A DNA stretch of 64,000 bases, taken from assembly GCA_051362555.1 (NCBI GenBank), contig CM120643.1, positions 9,858,001 to 9,922,000 on the forward strand. Direction: 5' to 3'. Shown in pieces: positions 38,201-49,603 of the stretch. Origin of the DNA: Lingula anatina (lineage: Eukaryota > Animalia > Brachiopoda). The notes under the pieces are model-generated. The model had not been told where the DNA came from. It was given only the letters and a program-made list of their open reading frames with translations, and did not search any database. Position 1 is the stretch's first letter; each line of letters starts with the position of its first letter. The position numbers and the translations under genes are program-made.

Positions 38201-39007
38201 TTAACTTAGAAGTGAATAGTTTTTGGTGGTGATCCGTATCAATAATCAATAATAATAAAAACGCTGCCTTGGCGGAGGTCTGTACTCTTGGAGTGCTTTT
38301 CTAGTTGTAATTGAGTTAACTAGCTTTGCCCAAAGATTTTCTTGATTTCCATATATGATACTTAAAAACAAAACTTCACATTTGGTTGTCTCAGAACTCT
38401 ATTAATTTTCCTTCCTTCTCAAACTATTTTGCCTTTCCCAGGAGCTGTGGTTGCCAGAGAATATGGTCTGCCATGTGTGGTCAACATTCCAAAAGCCACT
38501 CATCTTTTTGCCACAGGTAAAGAAACTGATGCATTGTACCATTCCCTCTGCCATTGTGAATAAACATTGTAATGAGGAAAGGTTCTTCTCATTGTACTTC
38601 AGTTGTCTCTATAGACTTTTAACCAATTTTTGCTGTTTTATTTCAAGAAAACTGATCTGTATGCGCACCTTTCCATTCCCTGTTTTTATAATTAGACAAC
38701 AATATTCTCAGCAAGTAAATGAAAATGAATGGGATTTTCCTGTTTTTTAGATGGAGTAATAATGGAGATCTGACTGCAAGTTTCCTTTCAGAGTCATTCT
38801 AAATCATGACTATTTTTAAACATACCAGGTTTAAATTTTTATATTTGTTTATTAATTTATTATTTATTTATTTATTTTGTCATTTTTGGTCTTTTTTAAT
38901 GTGTTATGGTCATGTTGAATTCTGTACTATTACCCAGGATTATCACTGTTTCAGGTGATCAAGTTGTATTGAATGGTACTAAGGGAACTCTGGAAAAAGT
39001 GCAGTAG
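9879..39007 (+). CDS. PEP-synthase-like phosphotransferase (rifampin phosphotransferase / PigC / YvkC architecture) with N-terminal extension, ~1328 aa, 40 exons: 9879-9978, 10750-10937, 11236-11350, 11481-11622, 11872-11937, 12224-12337, 12676-12788, 13417-13472, 14020-14072, 16257-16384, 16623-16770, 17296-17479, 18065-18171, 18434-18600, 18965-19035, 19305-19369, 19925-20072, 20503-20620, 20986-21086, 21795-21866, 22723-22829, 23431-23503, 25246-25341, 25615-25782, 26053-26181, 31369-31453, 31986-32074, 32791-32853, 33304-33396, 33929-33988, 34671-34771, 35103-35166, 35360-35431, 35671-35762, 36030-36108, 36674-36725, 37228-37304, 37602-37704, 38442-38516, 38955-39007
   Basis: The exons sum to 3987 nt with consistent phases and no internal stop. 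PPDK_N/ATP-grasp motifs: [63 protein letters not shown]. Central region: NIGEMMPG and [13 protein letters not shown]-terminal mobile domain: [37 protein letters not shown], with the catalytic His codon at 37701-37703. Confidence 0.93.
10942..11013. repeat. (TAT)n microsatellite directly after the exon 2 donor
   Basis: Perfect trinucleotide run that produces the poly-Y and poly-I ORFs. Confidence 0.97.
13021..13187. mobile_element. MITE with a closely similar second copy at 39605-39772
   Basis: TIR caggggcggat / atccgcccctg. The internal sequence is shared (gaggccgtcttctgggtcttcc..gaagacggtcagattttcaagtttacatt). Confidence 0.85.
14506..16207 (+). mobile_element. Non-autonomous Helentron/HINE-like element with an internal ~150 bp tandem array (15165-15850)
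   Basis: Subterminal inverted repeat gtaccaccagc (~14509) / gctggtggtac (~16159), a 3' stem-loop gaggcg..cgcctc and a CTAG-TT end. About 5 internal units contain ctattgaacttgaataggaagtcatatact..tgaaattgacctttgacc. Confidence 0.75.
17030..17350 (+). repeat. ~96 bp tandem duplications of the exon-12 acceptor plus exon start in the phosphotransferase gene
   Basis: The unit tctttgcttnnnnnncag|nngcaangatatctnnccnccn..cacctgttcccacactcagagaacc recurs with junctions at 17103, 17201 (AG lost) and 17295, plus a partial unit at ~17035. Confidence 0.85.
18745..18850. repeat. (CA)n microsatellite
   Basis: Imperfect CA run in an intron. Confidence 0.95.
19574..19815. mobile_element. Penelope-like pLTR remnant forming a long inverted repeat (19574-19759)
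   Basis: Near-perfect arms of ~75 bp around a ~30 bp spacer. It is flanked by the direct repeat atgattaaagtgaaca (19559-19574) / atgattaaagggaaca (19816-19831) and contains a hammerhead core. Confidence 0.7.
19679..19714 (+). ncRNA. Minimal type I hammerhead ribozyme motif (Penelope type)
   Basis: tcc-CTGAAGA-A-GGCC-cagg-GGCC-GAA-AGCT-C-gga: CUGANGA box, stem II, GAAA box, palindromic AGCU mini stem III, UC cleavage site and a 3-bp stem I. Confidence 0.65.
22219..22384. mobile_element. MITE
   Basis: Perfect 15-bp TIR caggggcgtaaccag / ctggttacgcccctg. Confidence 0.8.
23510..25060. repeat. ~1.5 kb compound (TG)n microsatellite interrupted by TC/TCTA
   Basis: Fills most of the intron between exons 22 and 23 and is the source of the three spurious 530-620 aa V/C ORFs. 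Confidence 0.98.
26985..27102 (+). pseudogene. Displaced partial duplicate of the exon 23 acceptor and exon start
   Basis: agaaatgatcttattatttcctgtatgtcag|gtgatgccagtagctgtagggatagagtccaggttc is nearly identical to 25215-25281. Confidence 0.85.
27240..29790 (+). mobile_element. Probable Helentron-like repeat with ~150 bp tandem units (27305-27610, 28010-28510) and an internal ~400 bp duplication (27610-28000 vs 29010-29400)
   Basis: A (GTC)n-like microsatellite near the 5' end and repeated units gataacacgataagtggaaaac..gcaggtcaagttcgaaaatcagcatgatcggg. Boundaries are approximate. Confidence 0.55.
30035..30255. mobile_element. Dispersed MITE-like repeat; relatives at ~22445-22695, ~31470-31725 and ~60435-60690
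   Basis: Shared motif tttccagaccctatc..taactgtggatcgatctatctcca..ttctcgctaaattg and its imperfect inverse. Confidence 0.65.
30919..31070. repeat. Two-copy ~77 bp tandem duplication
   Basis: ttgtccttgtcatgcaccctgagtttcaaagatttctggg..atcatacaggcacctcttgtaa occurs twice, nearly identical. Confidence 0.9.
38076..38306 (+). mobile_element. Short Helentron/DINE-like non-autonomous element
   Basis: Subterminal IR acctccgccaagg / ccttggcggaggt, a (TGTC)n microsatellite after the 5' IR, a 3' hairpin actc..gagt and a CTAG-TT end. Confidence 0.8.
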
Positions 39008-39799
39008 ACGTTTGAAACAAGTTGAAAGAAACCCAGTCCTTTCAATTAGGAATTATAAACTTGGGCCAAAAACTGCCTATATACTAAAAAACTACATTCC
39101 ATTGATTCAAGATTTTATACCATTAATTATTATTATTATAGTCCTATTATTGATTTATCATTGAAGTGTTTTTACAGAAGATATTAGAACTGCCTTCTGA
39201 ACAATATCATCGAACAAAGTCTAAAAATCTCAATTACTTTTTTGTTTTCCTAGAACCCCATTTTTTTGCATTTTTATTACAAATATTGCAAACTGTGATT
39301 CTAAGGTAATCAAAGGAAATTACAACAAAATGTATTATTATTTGATACTTATGTATTGTTATCTGTTTGTGATGTTGCATGCCATTCTGATTGCAGTTTT
39401 TGCTCAGAAATTTTACCCAGAATGGACCTTTTCCTGATAAAAATGGCGGTTCTTTCAAACCCTCAACCCCCTGGCTATGGGCTTGTATGTGCAATTAGCC
39501 TTAAAAGAACAGAAATATCTAAGCATAGTTATTGCATAATCAATTGACTATTAGACAACACAGTGTCTTCAAACTGTGCAGTTGTTATGAAATGAAATGA
39601 AATGCAGGGGCGGATTGAGGCCGTCTTCTGGGTCTTCCGGAAGACGGTCAGATTTTCAAGTTTACATTAACAGGTATCTTATTTTTTCTGTCGGAAGATG
39701 GTCAGAAATGGAGGATGGATCAACAAAGATAATTTGGAAGACTGCCAGAAAATATCTCTGGATCCGCCCCTGAAATGTTGAAATGGCAAATCAGAATTA

Positions 39800-40036
39800 G
39801 GGGTCATCCATTTTCATCATCATCTTCATAAGTTTACAAACCGTACACCGGGACGGGGGGGGGGGGGGGGGGGGGGGGGGGGGTAAATGCCCTCTGAAAG
39901 CTTTTGAAAAAAAAATAAAAATGATGATCCAAATTGCTGTCAAAGGTGATTATTTTTAGTTTTTTAGTTTTTTTTTTTTAGTTTTAAACTCGTAGGCTTT
40001 GTAGAAAATGATGATAAATTTAAAATGGATGACCCT
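39800..40036. mobile_element. MITE-like element containing a poly-G tract
   Basis: TIR gggtcatccatttt / aaaatggatgaccc. Confidence 0.6.
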
Positions 40037-41419
40037 TAAAATGTTATTAATTTTAAGAATATCTTTACACACTCAATCTCTGTCACACATCATGAGTTTC
40101 TAAATATGAAAATTAAATGAACATCGTTAAGGATTTTTATATAATTTATAGTATTATATCAGTTACTGTGATATTATTATTAGATAATTCATAAACGTTG
40201 TTAATTGGTCTTTTTCCCAATTTTAATAAATACGCTTTGTTTAGTCAGCTGTGTTTGTATATATTGCCTGCCCTGAGCAATATACGCGTGAGGCCAATGA
40301 AGCCGGTGTAACGTGACAGAGTCCCCAATGATAGAGAGTCCGCTTTCCATTCATTTGCCTGTAGGTAATCCTGCCTTAGATTTTGACCCACTTAGATCAG
40401 GCTAACCCTAACCATTATAACTAAATGGAGGGCGAACTTTCTGTTGCGCGAACCCTCAGTTGCGTTACACCGGTTTAACAAGAAGTAATGTCCCTATAGG
40501 GTATCCCCCATAGGAACATGTACATGTATGTTGATAAATGTCAACAATTGATGACAGAGCCAGAACTCTGACTGCAAGGACAGAGAGCAGGCTGTAGTAA
40601 ATTTTAAAGAAAAAATTGTCCGTTGCTGTAAACAGTAAGAAATTGTTGGCTTGAAGACGCTGGGTAATTTTTGGTCTTTTTAAGGTCCGTGTCCGCGTAG
40701 GACAGTTTAATAAATTTAATTGATTTACTAAATGATTCAAATACACATACGCATACTCTGTACAAGTAGTGAATAGAAAGAAACATCTGTAAAAATCTGG
40801 TACAAAAAACAATAAAGAGAGCAACGAACACAAGCTTTTATGCCCTGGCTATTTGACCTGAATACTTTCCCCTCGGATTGGAGCTGATGTGATTGGCATA
40901 TATCTTACCGATTTAACACAACGTTTTTAAAAATGAAGCGACGAGAATATTTACCAATTCTTACATTGTGTCATATACAAGAACGCGTGAAAAAGCCAGT
41001 TTTTGGTTTTCAGGTTATTTGATTTTTTTACAACTCCCATTCTTAAAAGAAATACAAAATTTAGAATGTCTGAGTTGATGTCTTATAACAAAAGACTTAT
41101 ATCAGTTACGTCCATCTTTATTATCTAATTTCAACCGAGATGAATATTTCATTTTTATACAGAAGTAGCTGTTATATACTAGTACTAAATCGGCAATATA
41201 TTTTTTAGCTCGCTAAAAGTAATACCAAATGGCAAAACTACTATGAAAAAATGTGTCAATAATTAGAATTGCCGGGATTTTTAAATATTGTTAAGATTTC
41301 AACTTAGGCTATGAAAGGTGAAAGTTAGATGCTTGATTGGCCTTTACAGTCCAAACTTAATCAAATACGAATTCAAACGTAATCAAATACGATGGACTTC
41401 AGTAGTAAAGGTAGCCCGA

Positions 41420-42775
41420 TTAACAACACTTCGGGTCAGCGCAGTAGTGGACAGTGAACGTGGCCCTGCATCCTTTGTCTACCCAGATATTGTTGCCAAG
41501 GAAACCAAAGCTTTTGTTGTATTCACAGCTGGAAACAGAGTGCTTCGTGGTCACATACATGGAAGTAACGACTCCACTGATTGGACATGTGGCGTATGTG
41601 TAACCATGGCTGCTACAAGTGGCACTTGCTGTAAAAATAGTGATTGTAATTTTAATTTGATGGGATAAAGTTTGGTACTTTTTGGTACTTTAGGCAGATG
41701 TTCAATTTTTTTTTCAACGATACGAAAGGTAAAATTTTGTTTATTGAAAAAAATTAAAATTAGGAACTGTCTTAACTGTGTTAAACCAGAATTTGATTTT
41801 TAAAAAAATAAACGGTCCCCGCACTCTGTGACAAATATCAATACAAAACGAAGATAATGAGTAACATTTGTGGTACCTTTCTATCTAGCATGTTTCAAGA
41901 GAGAAGGTGTTATCCCTTTTGTGATATTCTGTAAATTTGAAAGATCGAAAAAAAAAAAAGAAACATCGACAGGTGGTAAGGCCTAAAAGAAAAAAAAACT
42001 GGACACTAACAGATAAGCCGTTTCTGAATTTTTCTTGATATAATAGGCACTGGCACATAAATTATAAATGAAATGCAACTTACTCGTTCTCATATTTTGA
42101 CAGTCGAAGTTGACGTAGAAGCGGGCTCTGCAGCCGTGGTTTACCCACAGATTACAGTCATATAAAGCGAACGAGTTGCCCATATTGCAGTCGGAGACTG
42201 ACCTCTTTTTCATCACGCTGGCTGAAATACCTCGGACCCCCGTACAACAGGAATTGTATTGGTAATCATTGCTGTCACAGTCGAAGATCCCGGTAACGGC
42301 TAGGAATAGAAAACAACAAAACTATTTATTAAATCTTCGTTGTGCTATATTTGTTAATACAATAGAAGTACGCGCATTTTGATCCTGGCGTTTTGTAAAA
42401 AAAGAAAAAAAAAAGATATTACTGCAAATTTGAATGAAGAACATTTTAAGAACGCTCCATTTTTTTAAAATAAATATTAAAACAAATATAGCCATGAAAA
42501 CGTACTAATATTTTATCATTAAAAGTATTAGCTTTACAAATGACTCTACTGAAACTGATCTTTTCTTGCAAACATTCATTAATGCAATGTGAAGAATGTG
42601 CGCATTTGAGAAAGTTTGACTATTGTATTCTAACATATCAGCGAAGCATTAAGTGAACAAATCGTTCCCTCGTGATTAAGAGAAAAACTTTTCTCAGTCT
42701 CTTATTTTTACCTTCGCTGGTACCCCACACAGCAATCAAGCAAAGAAAAATGGCAACGGGCATTTGGCCTTGCAT
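41420..42775 (-). CDS. Secreted Cys-rich lectin-like protein with two DUF3011/Aplysia egg lectin (ADEL)-like repeats, 162 aa; exons 42712-42775, 42084-42299, 41420-41628
   Basis: Signal peptide MQGQMPVAIFLCLIAVWGTSEA. Repeat 1 is CDSNDYQYNSC..SDCNMGNSF..LWVNHGCRARF and repeat 2 is CSSHGYTYATC..SSCEYNKSFG..IWVDKGCRATF. Each repeat sits on its own phase-1 exon, and the total is 489 nt in frame. Confidence 0.85.
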
Positions 42776-43872
42776 CTTCTTCACTTCTTCAATATTTACT
42801 CTTAGAGCAAAGAACCGTCGTCTCAGATCTTGGTCGTGATCTTGAATGTACAGTTCTGTATAGTTGACGCGACTTATATTCACTTTGGAAAGGTAAATTA
42901 AAATGCAAACCGGTGGTTAATTAGTTAATCAGCAGGCCAGGCATCATTTCTGTCAGGAACTAATTATCAAGGATCTAAATATTTATGAAAACAACATTTT
43001 CCGTTGCGGTTAAGAAAATGTGTTATCAGTCACGTTTCACCTTGTGAGATTAAGAAAAATATTTTGAACTTTTTTTCTCAACATATATTCAGCATTGTAT
43101 AATCAATCTCAATTATTCTTTTACATTAATTTTACAATATGGCTTCCGTGTCAACATTTGTAACACCATTTCATGAAATGTAGATATTAGAATCTAAACT
43201 TAATCTTTCCTTTATAAACTTCAACTTTGTTGGATTATAAACTCTCCTTAAAATATTCTGTAACAAGCATTTTTAAAATTTTCTTTTTTCAAAATAAAAT
43301 ATTTGTTTTTAAATATTTATATTTTAAGTCTTTACATTTTTTTCATAAGAATTAACACGACCGAAGGACGCCTACCTTAAGCAATAATTTAGCATGAAAA
43401 ACATGTACATAAAATATTTTTGATGAAAACAAAAAACCACACAAACATGAAGGCGTACCATTGATCTCATTTCTACATGAATATAAACGTATTTTAAAAC
43501 TTAATTGCAATTCAAGTGTTACGGTTTTAATTTTGAGTGATAAATATTCATTTCATTTCACATTATCGTGATCTTTTCGCAATCATTAGCTCAAAAACCT
43601 GTCAATAAAACATTTTTGCTGAAAACCACACAAAGGCGAAAGTTTTAGGCACAGGCGTTTAATATTAATTTTTCCGCAAATTAGGAATCAGCACAAATAA
43701 AAAACAACCCGGGTTGGTACAGGATGATACCCGTAAACACATTTCAAGTGATATCGTTTCAATTGTAGGTTATGCAGTTACCTTAGCGAGGACACTTTTC
43801 TTTAAAAATGCAGAAGGATGGTTTACACATACATTCATTGTATAACAGAAAAAAAGTTGTTTTTGTTGAGTT

Positions 43873-43967
43873 CTATAATTTTCCTCCCACGGCAGATTCC
43901 CTACACTCCGATGCTATCTGCATCGCTTTTACAACATGATCTCCTGTAAGTTCTAATGACTCCTTTC
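43873..43967 (-). pseudogene. Orphan copy of the last exon of the inositol-dehydrogenase-like gene
   Basis: Encodes GKESLELTGDHVVKAMQIASECRESAVGGKL*. The AG acceptor is intact, and a 1-nt deletion near the end gives an early stop. Flanking intron sequence resembles 60815-61000. Confidence 0.85.
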
Positions 43968-44512
43968 CTGACGCCACAATAAAAGAAAAAAGAGAAAGAA
44001 ATACATAAAATACTGAATAAAATCTTTAGATTGATAAATATAACATGTAAACATATGAACTCTGTACATGTTTAAAATCAAGCTATCAAATTATAGATAA
44101 GACATTTCACTCGAGTTGTTTTGTTTTTATTTGCAGTAGTCCGTCGCTGCGTTCAAATATATGTAAATTGGTATTAAACTCTAGAATCAACAGAGAATCT
44201 CGGTTAGTAAATAAAATAACACGTACATGTTTGAAAAAAGGGTATAAAAAGCTTGAACCCACTACGAGTTATACAGTTTAAATCCAAGGATATGCAATCA
44301 CCATAGCAATGACTCCCTAATGCAGGGGGGTAGGCGTAACATACCGTAGTTCCTGGGGTAAGAAGAAAGAAATACGTTGTCACTGTAAACGAGTTAAAAA
44401 CAGGTGAATGCGAGGTATCCATCTTCCTCTCATCAATAAAGCAGATCGATCGATTGATCCTTACTTGGAGTGATAATCGTAACCCTGGAAGGCAGGCGCG
44501 CGCGAAGTGTGT

Positions 44513-44543
<31 letters not shown>

Positions 44544-45210
44544 GGAGGGGGCAACAAGAATTATATTTTAGTGAATTTATTCAAAACAGCATCTGTTGAT
44601 GAACGCAGTGAAAAATAATGAAATGAATTACATGGTTGCAGAAATGATGTGAACAAGTGAAAGATATATTGAAAACAATGCATGTTTTCCTAGGCCTGTA
44701 ATACCTTTATCATCTTGTTACTTGATTCGTAAGCGGACGTCTTTACATAGGCCACTGTTAGGAGACAGGCTCTTTATTTTTCTCACATATCAACATTTCT
44801 CTTCATTTCTCTCCTGTCCCATCACACTGAAAAGTAATTTTATCCGCATTCCTCTTTAATATACAGTGTATGTTTGCAATACGCGCCTCAACGAATTTGA
44901 AGTTTGGGCGAAATTTTCACACTTCTGAATAAGAAAGTAAGCTGCCACACAATCGACAACAGCTGTAAGTTTTTCAACTATTGCGATGTATAAATCGGTA
45001 GAAAGAGGATGGTTGAATTTCTATGTTACAAAGGATCATATAGATTTACCATTTGGCAGGTATTACAAACAACTAAGCACAAAGCCCGTATTAGTAACTG
45101 CATCATTACTTTATTATCCGCCATTCTAACTTATGATATTTTTGTGAAATATAGGCCCAAACCGTCAAGTAGAAATTTAGCTCATATGTATCGAAACTTG
45201 TTATTTCACT

Positions 45211-45257
<47 letters not shown>

Positions 45258-45821
45258 TTGCAAATGAACTAATTTGTTCGTCACATTGCCTTTTTGGGAA
45301 CTTTTAAGTTGACTTGTGAAAGTGGAGCAATGTGCAGTATTACCATGACCATCTTTTAAAAAAAATTCTCTGTCGACCTCTGGTTTGTTTACATCCATAC
45401 TTCATTAATAAACGAAATTGCACAACGAAGAACGAGCTTAACCTTTTGTTCATCGTAGTGGTGTTACATCTTATTTGTAAAATTACATTTTTACCAATTA
45501 AGAGTGAGTTCCACTTCCTGAAATTTCCTTTATAGGACACATTATGGGGAATTGGCCTGAAATTGTATAGGATCCTACGGGACATTTGTCCCAGATAGGA
45601 ATCTAATAAGACGTCCGATAGAATTCTTCTACAATTATGTAGGATTCCTATAGAGCCCTATAAGACGTCCTTTAGGAAATTTTATTATTAAAAGACAGGG
45701 GAAACAAAAATCGGTTTATTTCTTCCGAAAAATGGTTGCATAAGAAGTGTTGCCAACACGGCAAAAATTATATATATATATTATTATTATTAAGTTATTA
45801 ATTTCATCTTTATTTCCACGA

Positions 45822-46354
45822 TGTTCTTATGTTTGTTCAGATTGTGTTAGATGAGGAACTACTAACACTGCTCAATATTGGGTAACATGTGCTCAATTAT
45901 TCATATGGTCAGTTGTAAAAAAAGCGATGTCGCAAGCAGTGCTCTCGTCAGTCATTTATTACTTACTGGCAGAGTAAATGTATGGTTTGATATTACATGT
46001 AGCTTGTGTATAAGTTTATTTATTATAGTATAATTTAGATGTTACTTAATTGAGATGTATCTTTGTGTGGTTAAAATTTTGATTACAGTTCGCGTTTTTC
46101 ATAATTAGAATCATCTTTGAAGGCCTATTGGCATTGCGTTTATCAAAGTGTATGTTGTTATGGGTGTGGCATTTTCATGAACAATGCGTACTAGTATTTT
46201 TACGTTATTAATAAATTGCAGTAACAGCTCAGATGGTCATGACCGTCTCTTGGCAGCCAGTTGGCAGCGGATAACGAGAATGGATATTGTGTTTGCAATT
46301 AAATAACCAGTGAAGTATAACTTGTGTGAATATTGATTTTTTAATATAAGAACA
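45822..46354 (+). mobile_element. Possible solo LTR (BEL/Gypsy-like)
   Basis: 533 bp bounded by 9-bp inverted termini TGTTCTTAT..ATAAGAACA, with ATTAAA near the 3' end. The flanks cacga / cataa could be a CpG-decayed 5-bp TSD. Confidence 0.45.
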
Positions 46355-48371
46355 CATAATTTAAGCTAGACCAATTTAGTAGATTTATTAAGTATACTGA
46401 GTAGAACGTTTAATTTAGTTTGTTTTATTTCTCTTAGTGTTTCACTGTATTATTTTCTTTTTCTCTAGTTTTCTCTAGTTCAGTACAGGTTGGCTGAGAT
46501 CAGTTCATTTTAACTCAGTTGCCAGTAACGGTTCAGTACACTGCGTGAATAGACAGCATTTAAATATCCAACGATGATTCTTCGTCTTTCTTACTCGTGG
46601 TCCGCTACAAGGAGGAAAACAAGAACATCTACGTTGTATTCATATGAGATTTCCAAATACATTCAGTGTATGTGATAATAAGACAGGATATAAATTTGGA
46701 GCTTTTTGGTGACCTAAAAGAGTTGGCAACTTGATAACGTGGAGAAATGAAAGAAGAGTCCATTTCCCTTGAATATTCCTCTATATGAACGATCTATCGG
46801 CGAACTACGAACGATTTTAAAGTATAAAATTCATACGTATCTTTATAGATATTAAAATTTATTGGACAACAGTTTTTTCAAGAAATTCAAACGATCCTGT
46901 GCCTTGCCGCAAAAAGAGCTCTTGACAGTCCACACGAGAAGCGGACCCAACAGCTCGCGCGAGCTCCTTTCCGTCGTCTGCACAGCAGGCAAAAGAGGTC
47001 GCCACCTGTTCTAAAAGAGGACATCCAAGTGAAAAACGTCTGTTTAGGATCCAAATCTGATTTGAGGACCAGACTAGAGCAGTGAAAGACGTCTAGCTCC
47101 AGGCTAAAAGATGAATCATAAGTTTCTAAGAAGTTGCAAAAATAAGTGGTTTCACGTACGTGAGTCTTTTCCTTTCCTTGAATATCGGATTAGCAGTGGT
47201 AACTTTTACATTAGCGTCGACTTTGTGACAAAGATAATTAACGCAACCGTTATGATCAATAGCGAGAGGTAATACAGAAGTCTCGTCTTAAAATTCACTT
47301 TCCAACATAACTTTATTCACACGCTGCAACCTGTACCACTACATTTGTTATACCTCCGCACATCATGCAAATCATTATGTGACGTCCCGTAGGGGGGGGG
47401 GGGTATATGCCTATCTATAGGCACATCAATAGGCACATCAATTTGAAATAAATTTTTTAAACGCCACATTTTGTCATAAGCTGACGTAAAACCTAACTGC
47501 GTAAATACATTGTAGCATAAATTTGAATTTTTCAACATCGACGTTAAATATAAGAGCTTAATTAAAATCTAAAATAAAAATCCGATTAACAGGAAACAGC
47601 GATTAAAATATACAGAACAGAAAGAAACAAAAACTGATTGCAATTTATGATATTCGTGGATGCTATGCTTTTTTTCTCTAGAAAGGTCGTTATCCATTAT
47701 AACACAAGTGTCCGTCCGTCGACTATTTTGCGACTGGGGTGTACAACAAGTTAGTTAACTCGTTAGAGAATCAAGGACGCAGTGACACCCTTAGGATCGA
47801 ACATTTCTTCTTCTGCACCCCCCCCCCCCCACCACTACCACCAAGCCCCATAAGCATAACAATCATAGCAATAATAAACATGTAATTTTTCCTCCCTCAG
47901 AACTACTTGTAATAGAAAAATCATCCCAGTCGACTATTTAACATATGTTCTACGAAACCATGAAAAATATCATCCTTGTGCAAAATCCTACACCGCCAGC
48001 TATTTACCACTACAGCCTTGGAGCTGTTCTACTAGTATACATAAATAGCCTATGATAGTCTTAGATGCAGATATAGAGTATAAACAAATAATAATAATAA
48101 TAATAACATGTTATAATAATAACAAATTAAAACAAAATGAAAATGAAAACAAAATAAGTGATTGATACTCGTTTCAATCTATGCTAAACTGCAACAACAG
48201 CAGGCTAAGGCAAGTTTTAATAAATGTCCTACATGAACGATGTATCAAATCAATTTTCGGTGGTTGAAATACAGGCAAATATCAAATTATACCAACATAC
48301 TTGAAGAAGTTCTGAAGCTGATGTGTTTCAAAGCTATTTGAAATGTTTGCTGTTTGAAATTTGAAAATTTG

Positions 48372-48818
48372 CTATTTGAAAAGCACTGTTAACGCTGTGG
48401 CACATGCAATGGCAATAAAGTCTGTCACTCCAGCCAGCCGATACAATTTAGTATTCTCATTTTGTGATTCAGCTAAATCATTAAAGGCATTAACGGGTAC
48501 GGCAATACGCCTAACCTCCTCACTTTGTACACTTATCACATTGCAGCGAGCGTGATCGTGGTCAATCGCACAAATTCCTTCTTCATGATCGACACACAAA
48601 GAAATCATTTGGCGTCTATGTCGAGGGCACATTTCTTCTTCAACAATGTGGTGCATTTCGTATTGTTCATTTCTTCTGTCTTGCGAGTGCTTGGTCGAGT
48701 GCATATCGCAGAAGGATTTAATGGAACTGCAGGTGTGGCACTGCGACGTTGCTTTTACGTTTTTGCCCTTTTCACGACACAGAAAACGGGTGGGATCCCG
48801 GTCCGGCAGCTCGGCCAT
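48372..48818 (-). CDS. B-box-type zinc-finger protein, copy A (148 aa): B-box1-like + B-box2-like + C-terminal hydrophobic tail
   Basis: LC..KATSQCHTC..FCDMHSTKH..H(Y)EM and CPRHRRQMISLCVDHEEGICAIDHDHARC motifs; the protein ends LAGVTDFIAIACATALTVLFK*. A probable upstream exon has a donor at ~49289. The first Cys of B-box1 is replaced by Arg relative to copy B. Confidence 0.7.
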   Translation of the reverse strand: MAELPDRDPTRFLCREKGKNVKATSQCHTCSSIKSFCDMHSTKHSQDRRNEQYEMHHIVEEEMCPRHRRQMISLCVDHEEGICAIDHDHARCNVISVQSEEVRRIAVPVNAFNDLAESQNENTKLYRLAGVTDFIAIACATALTVLFK

Positions 48819-48971
48819 TTCGTTGAAGAGTGGTAACAATACAAATTGGAGAGATGGATAGATACCGCACAGGTTTACCTTATCACTATCTGGATGAAAA
48901 AAAAAATTGAAAAGTATGTCCATGTCTGTTTCGTTGTAGTACAACATAAATGAGTCACGCTAAATCACTTG

Positions 48972-49209
48972 AGCATAGATTACATTTGAAATGCATGCTC
49001 GTACGGTGCACGTAAACTGCACGTAATTTACCCTTTTCATACGGCGTCGAAGCGGAGTTAGACGGTAGCCGTGCGAAATCGCACGGAATCGTACGGATTT
49101 AAGGTCATGTAATGTAGACATATTCGGCGTAGCCCGCAGCTCCTTGCGATTTCAAAAAATCGTACGGACAATTTCATCGTACGGCGCCCGTGCAAATGTA
49201 ATCTAGGCT
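48972..49209. mobile_element. MITE in the intron of B-box copy A, absent from copy B
   Basis: TIR agcatagattacatttg / caaatgtaatctaggct. Confidence 0.75.
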
Positions 49210-49522
49210 TTAAACGTCAGCGTTCAGTATTCTGATTTCTTTGGTTGCACTATTCCAATGCTGCCATCATTCATGAAAATCAAACTTACCACGTCTTTTC
49301 CCTGCATAACACTTGGGGTGCCAAATTGAACTGACATACACGGAATTGTCGCTCAGAAAAGTATGAAATTCAGCCAGTCAGTCTATCTTATTTTAATAAA
49401 AGGAAATTGATTTCATATGCTGTAACTGTGCTCCTGCTTTACTACATGATCTTTCTCGCACACTTGCGTCAGCTGATTGGCATGAATTTGAGCCCACAAT
49501 GCAGTATAATCATACTGAAGCA

Positions 49523-49524
<2 letters not shown>

Positions 49525-49601
<77 letters not shown>
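49525..49601. repeat. (TA)n microsatellite; others at 58020-58098 and 63536-63577
   Basis: Perfect dinucleotide run. Confidence 0.95.

Positions 49602-49603
<2 letters not shown>

Noticed and set aside
9879-39007. Calling the gene ppsA/PEP synthase or a bacterial contaminant
   Set aside because: It lacks the C-terminal pyruvate-binding barrel, its His domain is C-terminal, and it has 39 spliceosomal introns.
41318-41668. 116-aa plus-strand ORF
   Set aside because: Antisense shadow of lectin exon 3.
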